Shown piece by piece: positions 10,888 to 22,482 of a stretch of DNA of 64,000 nt. This stretch comes from Diplonema japonicum (Eukaryota > Protista > Euglenozoa: Diplonemea): the NCBI GenBank assembly GCA_964019335.1, contig OZ025663.1, positions 62,001-126,000 of the forward strand, in the 5' to 3' direction. Each line of letters opens with the position of its first letter. The stretch's first letter is position 1. Made by a program: the position numbers and the translations under genes. The notes beneath the pieces are model-generated. The model had not been told where the DNA came from. It searched no databases and saw only the letters and a list, made by a program, of their open reading frames with translations.

Positions 10888-11652
10888 ATGCAAACACAAT
10901 GGATAGAAGTCCCTGACCATGGGCTGGGGAAGACAACACCCTCTGCAAGCAGCAACCTCTACAGCACGGTGTACCAAGCAAAGTGCTTTGCCGTGGCCGT
11001 TGGTTACTCGGCGTTTGTGCTGCAAGAAGGGAAGCCATGCCTGTTCTTCAGGGGGAAGGGCGGTGAGCTGTACAAGGGCAAGAGGCCAGAGAAGGGGTGC
11101 AAGGTGGTCATCAACATCGCGCATGACGGCGGTGGCGAGAACGACAACTGGGAGATCGTCGAGGAGGAGATCGACTCGCAGATGGCAAGCAGGCTGTTCA
11201 AACGGCAGGACGAAGCGTCAAAAGAGTACCAAGACTCCAAACAACAAGAGCGGCAGATGAATGAACTGACAGATGCGTTCTGGCAGGACCGTGGGTCACT
11301 GCCTGCTCCTAGCTACAAGGGCGGAAGCTCTGTTGTTATTGTAGAGCACCAACGGTGGTTTCCCATAGCAGGATGGAAGCCCCCACCATTCCCCACAGAT
11401 GCCTATCACTACGCGGATGTCAACGGGCGGTACTCAGTGGCCCGGAAGAAGGTGAAGCCGCCCAAGGGGACCGAGTGGGACGGGCCGTGGGTCATAGACT
11501 CGTCAGTGGGTGACATGGATAACGGGTGGGAGTTCTCGTTGGACTTCAAGTGGTCGTACCATGCAACATGTGGGGTCACAGACATGGTGCGCAGACGAAG
11601 GTGGCGGAGGGAGTACTCATCCCTGAACATGGCCTCTTCTGACGAAGGCTGA
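10888..11652 (+). CDS. DysF (dysferlin/Pex24-type) domain protein
   Basis: EHQRWFPIAGWK...EWDGPWVID...DNGWEFSLDF...DMVRRRRWRR matches the DysF Trp/Arg pattern. Confidence 0.8.
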   Translation: MQTQWIEVPDHGLGKTTPSASSNLYSTVYQAKCFAVAVGYSAFVLQEGKPCLFFRGKGGELYKGKRPEKGCKVVINIAHDGGGENDNWEIVEEEIDSQMASRLFKRQDEASKEYQDSKQQERQMNELTDAFWQDRGSLPAPSYKGGSSVVIVEHQRWFPIAGWKPPPFPTDAYHYADVNGRYSVARKKVKPPKGTEWDGPWVIDSSVGDMDNGWEFSLDFKWSYHATCGVTDMVRRRRWRREYSSLNMASSDEG

Positions 11653-13169
11653 TGTCGCAAGCATCTCCTTGAAGTGCCGAAGTATCATGTACAAAACGCT
11701 CTGAGCCTCAGTCCTCTTGCCTTTTTATCTTTTTTGTTCTGTTATGTTATATCTCGATCACGCCTCTTTGAGGTAGCGCTTCGCTGCTCTCAATCGACGC
11801 CCTTCATGCCGTGCAGCCTGGCTCCTAGCTCCACGGGCTGCCACAGGCAGGCCAACACATTAGAAGGCTTCTTTTCTTTGGCACTCTTTGACTTCCTTGG
11901 TTCCTTACCCCCCCCCCCCCCCCCAACATTAAATAATCGTAAACTTTTTTTTGTACAAAAAAAGAATAGGAAAAAGATCAAAGAAGAAGAAAGAGGAGAA
12001 ACAAAAAGAAGAAATCATCGATGTACCTTGCATGGTCTGACCATGTGTTGCGGCTGTAAAATAATGTAATAGCTACACCTCCCGTCCTATCTTAGGCCGT
12101 GCAGGTTGTGGTTATCTGGGGAAGAAAATAAATGACACAAGAGGAAAGAATACTTATTGAACAAAAAAAAAGAAATACACCCTAGCTATTGCACTGGTAC
12201 CCCCCCACCCCCCTTCCCTTTTCTTATATTTTTTATGTAGCAGGGTCAACGGCCATTCCAAAAAGGAAAATGAGAGAAAGACGAAAAAAAAAGTGTTTTT
12301 TTTCTTTCCCCCTTCACTGGTCGCCCCCGACCTGACTCAGAGAGAGACAAGAAGAGAAATTAACAAACTGACAGGAAAAAAAAGGGGGGGGGGAGCTGTT
12401 TTCCTTGTTGTTTTTTTTTTCTTTTTTTTTTTTTTTTTAGAAGGAACACTTGCACCCAAGCTGCTTCAGACACCACGACAGGCCAAAGGGCACCACGACA
12501 GAAGGAGGAAGGAGTTAAACGAGGTGATTGCCATCAGGCAATCCTGTCATGAGACTGCAGCGGGAGGAGACTGCAGGTTCCTTTCAAAGACACGGGAGGG
12601 CGAGTTTTCTCTCTTTTCCGTTACCTCTGTCTCCTGATCCGTGTCCTTCTTTCTACTTTTTTTTTTTTTTTTTGGGAAATCTTTTAGAAGAGAAAAAAAG
12701 AGAGGTACGAATAAGAAATGAGAACCCAACGCCCCCCCCATTAGGCATGGAGTGCATACACTTGGGGAGTAAGGATTGTTCTTGTGCCTCTCAGACCGCG
12801 CGCACAGGAACTGAGCTGCAAACTCAGCACAGAATATACATAGATATTGAGTGAAACCCACCCAACACTCCTATTTGTATGCACTGCATGTCTGGGGGTC
12901 AAAAGGGGTCCTGTGAATGTGCCAACAAATTGCGTGTTTTTTTTTGAATATTCAATCTGTCGGCATATTTGAATCCCCCCCCCCCCCCCCCCCCCCCACA
13001 ACCACCATCCCAGTGCGTAGTTTTATTTCTTCATTCTTTTCTTTTCTTTTCCTTTTTTTCTCTTTTTTTTTTCTCTTGCGGAAATAAGAAAAAAGAAATA
13101 ATGAATTTTTCTAGGCGCAAAAAAGAAAAAAAAAAATAAAAAAATAAATAAATAATAATAATAATAGCA

Positions 13170-13607
13170 ATGCATGACCCAGTTCATGAGAGGGTTGACA
13201 GGTATACTGCAGAGCTAGGTGCGCGGTCAGAGGACAGGTGTCATGACTTGGTGGCACTGAAGATGATCCTTCATGAAGCGAGAAAAAGGGAACGGGATAA
13301 ATGTGTGAACGCTGAAGAAAGGCGAAAATTGGATATCAAATGGCGATTCATTCTGGGCCAGGTCAGGCAGGCTTCGCGCAATGTTGAGGATCTCAGCAGC
13401 CTTCGGGCGGACCTTGCGGGTAAGTATCCCTTCCAGGGGCTCCTTACAGAGCGGTACATGCAAACAGTGCTTGAACGGAAGCAAGCTATCATCAACACTA
13501 CAAACCACTCTCTTGGCCTTTCGCGGCGCACTTCATTCTCTTCTTCCTCCACTTCTCTTGCTTCTTCCCGGTCCTCCTCATCTTCGGACCTTTCACTGGA
13601 GCGATGA
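13170..13607 (+). CDS. Hypothetical protein (145 aa, Ser-rich tail)
   Basis: ATG-initiated ORF of coding-like composition within homopolymer-rich DNA, on the cluster strand. Confidence 0.55.
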   Translation: MHDPVHERVDRYTAELGARSEDRCHDLVALKMILHEARKRERDKCVNAEERRKLDIKWRFILGQVRQASRNVEDLSSLRADLAGKYPFQGLLTERYMQTVLERKQAIINTTNHSLGLSRRTSFSSSSTSLASSRSSSSSDLSLER

Positions 13608-15543
13608 GGCAGGCGGTTGTTTTTAATTTAATTTTATTTTATAAATTGACACACTTCATAGATGGAGAGTCAGATAGAAGAAAGCAGAGGATGGGGTAAA
13701 AAAAAAAAAAAGAAGAAATTAAAATACCTCCCAAAATTATTGCAGTGGCTAATGGCAATGCAGAGGCATATTCCTGGTTCAAAAAAAAAAAAGAAAAAAA
13801 AAAGAAAAGATTATTCTTCTGTTGTCATTTCTTTTTTTTTTCCTCTTTTTTTTTTAAAGCCCTTTCGTACCAGAGTGCTTCCGAACCTAATCATCTAGCG
13901 TGGGTTTCGCGCCACAGTGCCGCCTCCGGATTTGTTCCACCGGCACCGGCGCGTTCTTTGTTTTTCTTAAAACACCCCTCTTTTCTTTCCTGCCCCAACT
14001 ATTTTCAAAAAAGAAGTTTTACACTTGCCAGGTATGACTAAGTTATTATGGCACATGTGTTTAGTATTTACCCTCCCCCATCAATATTTTTGTTCTTCTT
14101 TTTTTTTTCCCCAGAGTTTTTTTTTTTTTTTTTTTTGAATGAATAAAAAAAATAAGTAAATAAAATAAATTAAATATAACAGCATCAAAGAATAAGAACC
14201 AAAGAAACCCCATGTGAACATCAATTTTTTTTTCTTTTTTTTCCATATCCTTTCTTTTCCTCCTTTTCTGGCATCCGTTGTTCTTTTTTTCCCCCCCCTT
14301 CTTTTTGTTGTACTTCCCAACCTGACTTCCCTCATGTCCCTCTTTTCTATGAGTCGGGTTGTACTAGCACTCTCATCCCCCCTTTTTTTCCTTTCCTTTC
14401 TCCCTGCAATGCGGGCAGAGAGCTGCCTCTGTCAATAATTCATTATTTTTTAGAGTTCTCTCAGAAAGATGAAAACTAAGACAGCAGGTCACCGAGCTAA
14501 TGTACATGAGATGCACACCCAGAGGACCCTTTGAAAGCGACACATGTCGGCCAGAGGAACAACAAACATCTCTTTCTTGCAGCCCAGTGGACTTTTTTCT
14601 TATGGCACTAAGTTTTTAATTCATCTTCTTTTTAATCCGTATTCCCCTTCTCCCTGCTGTTTTCTTTAAGAACCTGGCAGCATTATGAGTACTACAGGAC
14701 AGGAGAATGGACGGAAAAAAAAAATTATAACACAGTGCTAAACCACACGCCTTTGTTCGAGGCGGGCTTTAGAAAAAAAAAAAATCCCCCCCCTTTTTTT
14801 TTAATTTTTATTTCCCCCCCGTTGGCTTGTGATAACCCCCCCAAGGAGGACAAACAAAAAAGAGATTACTGTAAAACGAGAGGAAAAAAAAAAAAGAAAA
14901 AACAATGCAGTGGTCAAAAAAAAAAAAAAAACAAAAAGAAAAAAGAAATCTGATACAATCTCTCGCATTTATGCAGCCTCTTATGTCCTCCCTTCTCTTT
15001 CCCCCCAAGTCTTATGACGGCCGGACGGTCAGGTACTTATAGCCTGGGGGAAGCCAGGTAGTAAACTCTGTAGGTTGAGTGGAATAAGGGAGTGTAGGCT
15101 TTTTCTTCTATTTTTTTCTCTCTTTTCTTTCATCATTCTTCCTGCTTGGCTAACTTCGACCGCTTTCTTGTTCCTTTTTTTTTTTTCCCCCTTCCCCTTC
15201 AATTTTTGTGCCCTGTATTGTTGAGTTCAGCTTTCCCCATTCCCTGTTGTTCCCCCCCCCCAGAAAAATACCTTTCGGCATGATTTTTAATAGCGCTAAT
15301 TTTATTTTGAGGCGTAAAAGTTTGAGAAAAAAAAAAGAGAAAAAGTCAAAATAATGCATAACCAGCTTTTTTTTTTAAAGGAAGGTTCTAAGTCTTGGAG
15401 CCCTTTTTTTTTCTTCTCTTTTTTTAATTTTTTTTTTACGTCAACTTTTCGGCATTATTTCATTTTCGGTGCTCTGTTTTTTTCTTCTTTTTTTCTCTCT
15501 CTCCTTTTTTTTTTTGTTCTCTCCTTTTTCAAAAATAATTCTT

Positions 15544-15620
15544 TTAACCACTAACGGACCAGGGGGTTCTTTTTTTTTTTATTTGGCCAAAAATATATTT
15601 AACCCATAACACTCCAAGGC
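15544..15620 (+). mobile_element. Probable piggyBac-like left-end relics
   Basis: TTAA-CCACTAACGGACC (14/17 match to the TTAA+TIR at 2661) and a second TTAACCC at 15599. No partner ends seen. Confidence 0.35.
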
Positions 15621-17487
15621 GCAAATATTTGTCGTTTTGAAAAATCGTTTTTTTCTCTAAGTACTTTTTCGTCCCCACGACCCCTGGATACGACTATAGC
15701 GAGGAGTTATTTTTAACTGCAATTCATGCTGTGCTGCATCACTTTACCTTGTTATCCACCCACCAAGTGGGTCCCAAATCCGAGTAGATAGGCTAAAAAC
15801 GAAAAATAACGGGTGTGCATTCTGTGCCCAAATTGTTCCCAAAAAACGCAAAGGTAAAGCCAAAACAGCTACGGACGAGGTCCAACCTTCATGGGTAAGG
15901 GAGTTGGTACCCATAGAGACCATAAAATAGGCCAGTGGGGAGAAAAAAAGCTGTCCCGTGGTACGCAGCTATATATATATATTTTTTTTTTTGCATATTG
16001 CCAAGGATTTCTTAAGGAAAAAAAAGGGGGAGGGGGAAGGGGCAAAACCAAATTGAGAGGATTGCCCTATTTTCCATACGCCCCACCTTTTTTTCTCAAA
16101 GAACCCCCCCCCCCCCCCCCCCTCGTTAATTTCCTTTTTCTTTCTGAACCGTTAAGTCGCAGCGCTAATTTTTTTTTGCCAAAGTGAAGAGACAGGCCCC
16201 ATCGATCTTACCAAAAGGGCTAATCACTCCCCTCCCCCCCCCCCCCCCCCCCACAGTTAGATTAACACAATTTTCTGTGCAAGCCGGCAAGGAAAAGCGT
16301 TTTTTTTTCCCCCTTCCTATTTAAATGTTGTTTGGAAGGAGTTTGTAAGAGATATTTTGTGGATAAAAAAAAAAAGGAAAAAAAAAGAAAAGAAAAAAAA
16401 AAGAAAAGGGTCCCTCCCCTCCCTTCTCATAACTCATGATTCCAAATCTTCCTTTTGCCGACATAAGGTGTTTTACCGTGCTAGTAAAAAAAAGAAGGGG
16501 AAAAAAAAATGAAGAGAGAAAAAAAAAAATGGCGAATTTGGAATCTTAACTAACTAATCTTTTAGAAACAGTCTATAACAAATCAGTATCCCTCTCCTCC
16601 CCTTTCCCTGTCTATCAATTTCTCATACCCATTTTTGGGGGATAAAAACAAAAAACAAAAGGTCAATTTAAAACTTTGTAAACCAGTGATCCGTGTGCAC
16701 TTCATGTTTTTTGGCTTTCAAGTAAAGGTCCCCCCCCCCCCCCCCCCCTACTCAGGTGTTTCCTATAGAAAAGAAAAAAAAGAAAAAAGTAAAGTTTTTG
16801 TCTTTTTGGGAAAGTCCCCCCCCCCCCCAGCAATTGTATTTTCTTCTCTCCTTTCCTCTTTAGCCTCTTCCCATTATCGTGGACCCTTTGAGAAAAAGTG
16901 GGTAGGAACGAAAGAAAAAAAAAAAGAAAGAGGTGCCACTTGCCTCGTTGATGGAGTCCAAAAATCTAATTCTAAATTTTTGGAACTTCTCTTTTTTTGG
17001 AACAAGGACCCCTTAGCTGAAGTAGCTAAAGAGGTCCGCCTTACCAACTTTTGTATTCTTTTTCCTTTTTTTTCTCTTTTTTTTTCCTGGTAGAACGAAA
17101 AAAAAAAAAAAAGAAAAATGAAAGCAACATCCCGATGGCGTAATAAGTTATAAAAAGAGAGAGCGAAAAAAGAAAAAAAAAATCCTCTTGCCTAAGAAAA
17201 TCCTCCGCCCCTTAGCTTCAAAGAAAAATAAAAAAGAAACATAAAAAAAAAAAAAAAATGCAAATCTCATTAAATGGGGGCAGGTGGGGGGAAGGGGACC
17301 GTTATTTTATTATGAACCTCTATCCCCTTTTTGTGCAAGTAAATGAAAAGGGTGGCAAAACTATTTCTTTTGAGAGGTATATCCATCTCTTTTCTTGAAA
17401 TGAGAAGGAACTGATAACAAATATTAAAATTAAGAATAGCCTCCCCGCCCCTCAAAATCAAAAATAACGAAGTCGTGCGAGTATACT

Positions 17488-17527
<40 letters not shown>

Positions 17528-18258
17528 AGGGCGTGCAAAGTTAAACAAAGTGGGGTGAAGGACATTGAGGTCAATTCTCGTTCATCTATCACACAAGAAG
17601 GGGCCCGAAGACAGCAGGTTTTTTAAAATATGTAAAATGAAAAAAAAAAAGAAAGAAAGAAATGCCGGACAGACCCTATATTGAGGAGCTTTCTGGGTGT
17701 CTTACATATTTGTAAAAATAACTTCTTATTTTTAAAGCTAGTATGCGATTATAAGCCGGGGGGTAAGGGGGCGTATCAAACTTACTTCTTTTTTTTTTCT
17801 CTCCCCTCCTTCCTGCTTTGTTTCCCTTTTTCTTTTCCCCTTCTAAGTCACTGGGCGATTCCTGTGAGTGTTGGAAGAAGAAAATAAAGAAAAAAAAAGA
17901 AGGGCAACCAACAACAACAACAATTGTATGATCGATAAAGTTCGAACAGAAAAAAAAAAAAAAAAAAAAAAAAAAAAACGTTCGGGTTCGGAGAGCGTTT
18001 GTATTTATAAGAACTTTATCGGTTTTCCGGTAAGAGAAAAAAAAAGGGGGGGGGGAAAGAGGCCGGGTAAAACCTGGAGAAGTTTGTCAACCCGAAACAC
18101 GTTGCCAACGTTCCCCTTTTGTTGAGACAAGTCAAAGACTCGTTCTTGCAAAAAAGAAAAAAAAAGAAGTAACTAGCGAGCTATATAGTTCCCATTATAC
18201 GCAAGAAAACAAAAAAAGAAAGAAAGAAAAAAAAAAAGAAAATGTTTACTTTTTTTAC

Positions 18259-18272
18259 CCATTAAAGGACGA
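18259..18272 (+). mobile_element. Solo piggyBac TIR relic
   Basis: CCATTAAAGGACGA is identical to 2665-2678 and preceded by ttac. No matching right end found. Confidence 0.5.
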
Positions 18273-18285
18273 GAGTTTTCTTTGG

Positions 18286-18320
<35 letters not shown>

Positions 18321-20180
18321 AAAAGGGAAAAAGTCAGATGCCATCCTGCCCCCGAGGGGGGTAGATGGGGTGGAAAAAACTCGGGTGTGAGGAACTTGTC
18401 GATCTCCTGCACTCTAGGTCCTAGTCACGCTGTTGTAGTTAGTGAATTGTTGTGCCCAGTATCTTGTCCAGCGGTCTTGGAACAGTCACATCACATACCC
18501 TTAATATAAAAGAAGTACATCAGATGTGTTGTTCGCTGTTGGCCTCCATGTCAGTCATCACCGGTAGCGCCCGAGTTGGAGACAGGGCAGCAAACTGCAA
18601 ACGTAAAACGCAAAAGAAGCTACTGCTCGACCAAGGTGTGCCCCCTGTAATCAAGTAGACGGCGCCAGCAGTTGCTTGTACGCCAGGCGGCCAAAGTAAT
18701 TCTTTTTTTTTTTTTCCAATTCCACCATGAAGTTATAACCTTTTCTTCTTTGTGGACCTACGACCCCAGGACCTACTTTAGCATGCTAAGGGGTGAAGTG
18801 ATTTCAGAAACCACTTACCTACCGCCAAGGAATGGCGTGACCGTCCTCGGCACCGAGGTGACAGTGTCATTGGTGACATGTTGGCAGTAACAGCAATATT
18901 ATTATATTTATATATATATATTTTTTTGTACGCCCCATTCCCCTCCCAACCTTTTCCCTTGCATGGACTAGAACTACTACAAGTTGACCCCCCCCTTTTT
19001 TCTTTCATTCCTGTGAAAGAAAAAAAAAAACAGAAAAAACAAAAACAAAAAGCATAGTTTACTCTCCTCAATTACTTAAAGCTTCAGTACCTATAGAGGG
19101 GGGAAAAGTGGTCAAGCCACCCCCCTCCCCTTTATTGTTTACTGGGACAGTAAGGGCCCGAGTGGGTGGGCATGTCTGTTGTTGCAGCGAGAACACTCAA
19201 ATTAGCACTGAGGGAATGAAGAAAAATTAAAAAAAAGAAAACTGTACTGCAGTTTAAGGGGAGGGAAAGATGTAAGCAGCGAAGGGAGAAGAAAAAAAAA
19301 ATAATAACAAGAAAAAAAAGAGAAAAAAAAAACCCCCCTTTTTTCTTTTTTCTTTTTTCTTAAGCATTCTATCCCTCTTTCTTCTTCCAGCATTTTTTTT
19401 TGTTGTTTTTGTTTTTTCTTAGTAGTCACCCTCACTCACTTCTCTTTCCGAGAAAACAAGAAGGGAAAAAAAAAAAAAAAAGAATGACTATTTACTAAAT
19501 AAAAATTAGTTAGTTTCATTACGGCACGTTAAGCCAAATTTAGCCTATTACTTTACTCACTTTACGTTTATTCTGCACTTTACAATTATTCGTCAAAGGT
19601 AAAGTGATTTCTGATTTTTATGGTTCTGCAGAATTTCCCTCATGCAATTTTACAGAATAAAAAGAAAAGAAAAAGAAAAGAGACTACTCACCCGATTGCT
19701 ATAACGGCAAGGCGAGTGGAGCGTGGGCAGCCTTTATTTTATAATGTTTGTATTTTTTCCCCCTTTTTTGTTTTTGATCTGATTTTGCTAATAACCCCCT
19801 CCCCGCCCCTCCCAGAGGCGCAAGTGCACACGGCACTTGGCTTTACAATGGAAGGTATGACATAAGACACCTTTTTCTTATACTTCATATCTCTAAAACC
19901 CGTTATTGACCCCAGAACAGAAAAAGATTGCTAATTTTTTTCAAAAACAACGGAATGAACTCAAATCGGCGAAGTCTTTAATCCGATTGGCACCAATTCT
20001 GAAGCACTTGTTGTTCTTTTCTTTGTTGTTATTCTTTTTAAAGGCTACCCGTGGCGTGCAGCACGATGCCAGTGCTGTGGTGTGCCCAGGACTAACCCCT
20101 CTTCCCTCCCCCCATTCCCCCCCCATTTTTTTCTTTTCACATCCTCTCTTTGTAACAGCACACCACAGCAGGCGGGGAAC

Positions 20181-21088
20181 ATGACAGAGGCCGCGCAGAG
20201 CATGGGGCTCGAGGGGCAGAGGGATGCCGTCCTCGAGAAGTACGGAAGTGTGACTAAAGTGCTGCAGGAGCACGTTGTAATCAGCAAGAAGGCAAACCAG
20301 GTGAACAACAGCATGAAGCTGGACATGACTCTGCTGCGAGCGAGGATCGAGAAGGGGAAGAAGAGGAAGCTTGAGCTAGACGTCGAGCACCTGGAGAGCA
20401 CGAGAGACCAACTGGTAGAGAAGAAACAAAAGATAACAGAAGACCTGGCTGCACGAAAACTGGTTCTCGACGAACCGCTCCCCAAGGAAGAGGAACACGC
20501 CAGCGTCGCTGCTAAAGAGAAGGAACTGCACACCACGCAGGCAGGCATCCTGAAGTCTGTGTTCGCATCCATCACGACCCCCGACAACAAGACAGAAATG
20601 GATATGATCCTCGACTGGGCTACCCACAAGTACAAAGCAGGGACTGAGACACCCTTGGCGCGTAGACTTGCGGAGACTGTGGCGGGGTGCACTGTGGGCG
20701 GGCATTTGTACGAGAACATTAAAGCTGATAAGTATGTTTGCAAGCAGCACCACACCACACCACACCACCACAGGGAGATCGAACGCAAACGTAACGCTGC
20801 TTGGAAAGAGAAGTTGGAACAGCGAAAGAATGGCGGGGTGCAAAAAAGCAAAAAAGACGAGGCACTCTTTGGTGGTGGCGAACAAGGAGGCTCTGCGAGT
20901 GGTGGTGAAACTGATGCTGAGGGCACACCGAGGAAACAGAAGAAGGTATCCCAAGCTAATTTTGCCTTACACACAACTTATACACAACCTCACAGGGCAA
21001 AGCACGTGCAACGTCCGTGGCGTCTTCGTCAAGCTCTAGCAGCTCCAGTAGCAGCAGCAGCAGCAGCAGCTCCTCCTCTAGCAGCTGA
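20181..21088 (+). CDS. Hypothetical coiled-coil protein with poly-Ser tail, 3 exons
   Basis: ATG follows cacaccacag. Introns 20732-20773 (42 nt, in frame) and 20946-20995 (50 nt) give ...RKQKK/GKARATSVASSSS...stop. Confidence 0.75.
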
Positions 21089-21185
21089 GCTTAATTAGGA
21101 CTTTCAGCGACACAGTGTTACCTGTACCCCACCCTTATATTCGTGCTCAACATACGTTCAACCCCACCACAGGCAGCAGGCTTGC

Positions 21186-22253
21186 ATGTATGGTTTGGAC
21201 TTCACCTTGCCGCGTTTAGAAACTGACGAGAGCAACGGGCTCCCGACAGTCCCAGAGCATGAGTTATCGAACACATGTGTAGATGTACGCTCGGTCGTGG
21301 TTTGCGGTGATAACGGACAAATGTTGTGTGTGAAAGAGGAGCCACGGGGGGAAGATCCACCCAGGGAGGAGCCACGGAGGGAGGTGCCGCGGAAGGAGGT
21401 GCCACGGAGGGAAGAAACTCCCGAGAAGGAAGTCGAGGATGTGATGATAAGTTCTGTGAAGGAGGAGACTAGAGTGCAGGAACACGAGATCCGTGGCGTG
21501 CTGCTGTCGGTTATCCGAGTCTTCAAGGAAGGGGAATGGCTCACAGCGCCTCATATGGTGTTCCGCCTGAGGGACGCGGAAGTGACACAGGAGATGATCA
21601 GCAACTGCTTCGGCAATGGTACCAAAGGGTCGTTCTTGGGTCTCTTCCTGCGCTCCTTTCCCAACATCTTCGAGCCGGGCATCGTGTGGGAGCTGTCGGA
21701 GCTTGCAGAGCTGGTCAGCAGGGGCGAGATCCTCTGCCCGAACAATATCTACCCGCCACTCCCGCTGCTGCGTTTCAGAGTAGTTTCTGAGGTGCAGTGT
21801 AGCCCCGTCCTCTTCGTGTCGAAGCTTTCCAATGTGAGCTTGCTGCCCATACCAAGGTCGTGCTTCTTATGCAAGCAAAACGGCAGGACGTGGGTGGGTC
21901 ACCCGGAGCAGCAGTGCACACACCGAGAACAGTCTGTATCACGTTACACAAGCGGGCTTCCCATAGACCCGGCTATCGTGAAGCGGAAACGAAACCTGCA
22001 GAAAGAATGGGAAGAGTTCGACACGTTGAAGAGAAAGCGGGAAGGGGAGCTTGCTACTACAATCGATGCCCTGGCTGAGAAACAGTCTGTAGCTATGGAC
22101 TGCAACAACCACGCGCGTCGAATGAAGCAGCAGTCGAGACCCAAAGGCGGGAAAGGGAAGAACAAAGGGAAAGGAAAAAATAGGAAAGGCGACCAGCAAG
22201 GACAAAGAACGGGCCGCGACACCCACCAGCGAATGCCCCTGTTTCCTTCATAG
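21186..22253 (+). CDS. Hypothetical protein with possible LOTUS/OST-HTH-like segment and CCHC-type Zn knuckle
   Basis: 355-aa ORF with EEPRR-like repeats, FLGLFLRSFPNIFE, CFLC-x9-H-x4-C and a basic C-terminus. Confidence 0.7.
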   Translation: MYGLDFTLPRLETDESNGLPTVPEHELSNTCVDVRSVVVCGDNGQMLCVKEEPRGEDPPREEPRREVPRKEVPRREETPEKEVEDVMISSVKEETRVQEHEIRGVLLSVIRVFKEGEWLTAPHMVFRLRDAEVTQEMISNCFGNGTKGSFLGLFLRSFPNIFEPGIVWELSELAELVSRGEILCPNNIYPPLPLLRFRVVSEVQCSPVLFVSKLSNVSLLPIPRSCFLCKQNGRTWVGHPEQQCTHREQSVSRYTSGLPIDPAIVKRKRNLQKEWEEFDTLKRKREGELATTIDALAEKQSVAMDCNNHARRMKQQSRPKGGKGKNKGKGKNRKGDQQGQRTGRDTHQRMPLFPS

Positions 22254-22482
22254 TGGTATGAACATGGTGGAAAAAAAAAAGAACAAAAATAATCGCAGGT
22301 CGCATGGCAGCACATACAACATCACTTACAAGCACAATATCCCACCGAAGGAAGCTGATGAACCCCAGGGAATTAACTTCGCTGTCCTGCAGGTGAAACG
22401 GGAAAACCTTGAAGAAAATAATATGAAAATAGTTGCGCAACGCGCCACAAGCTCATGTCATACAGGACTACCCATTTACAAA

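Noticed and set aside
11674-20184. Poly-K/F/P/G ORFs in intergenic DNA (also at 25.2-26, 31.2-32.3, 40.4-42, 51-52.6 and 54.6-55.5 kb)
   Set aside because: Translations of homopolymer runs, not proteins.
22258-22482. N-terminal extensions in the ORF track (PPDK; also HECT, Rab, nicastrin, kinesin and YIPF5)
   Set aside because: They arise from upstream or non-ATG starts lying before the likely acceptor AG; family similarity begins at the downstream ATG. The apparent crotonase/kinesin overlap at 36186 is such an artefact.
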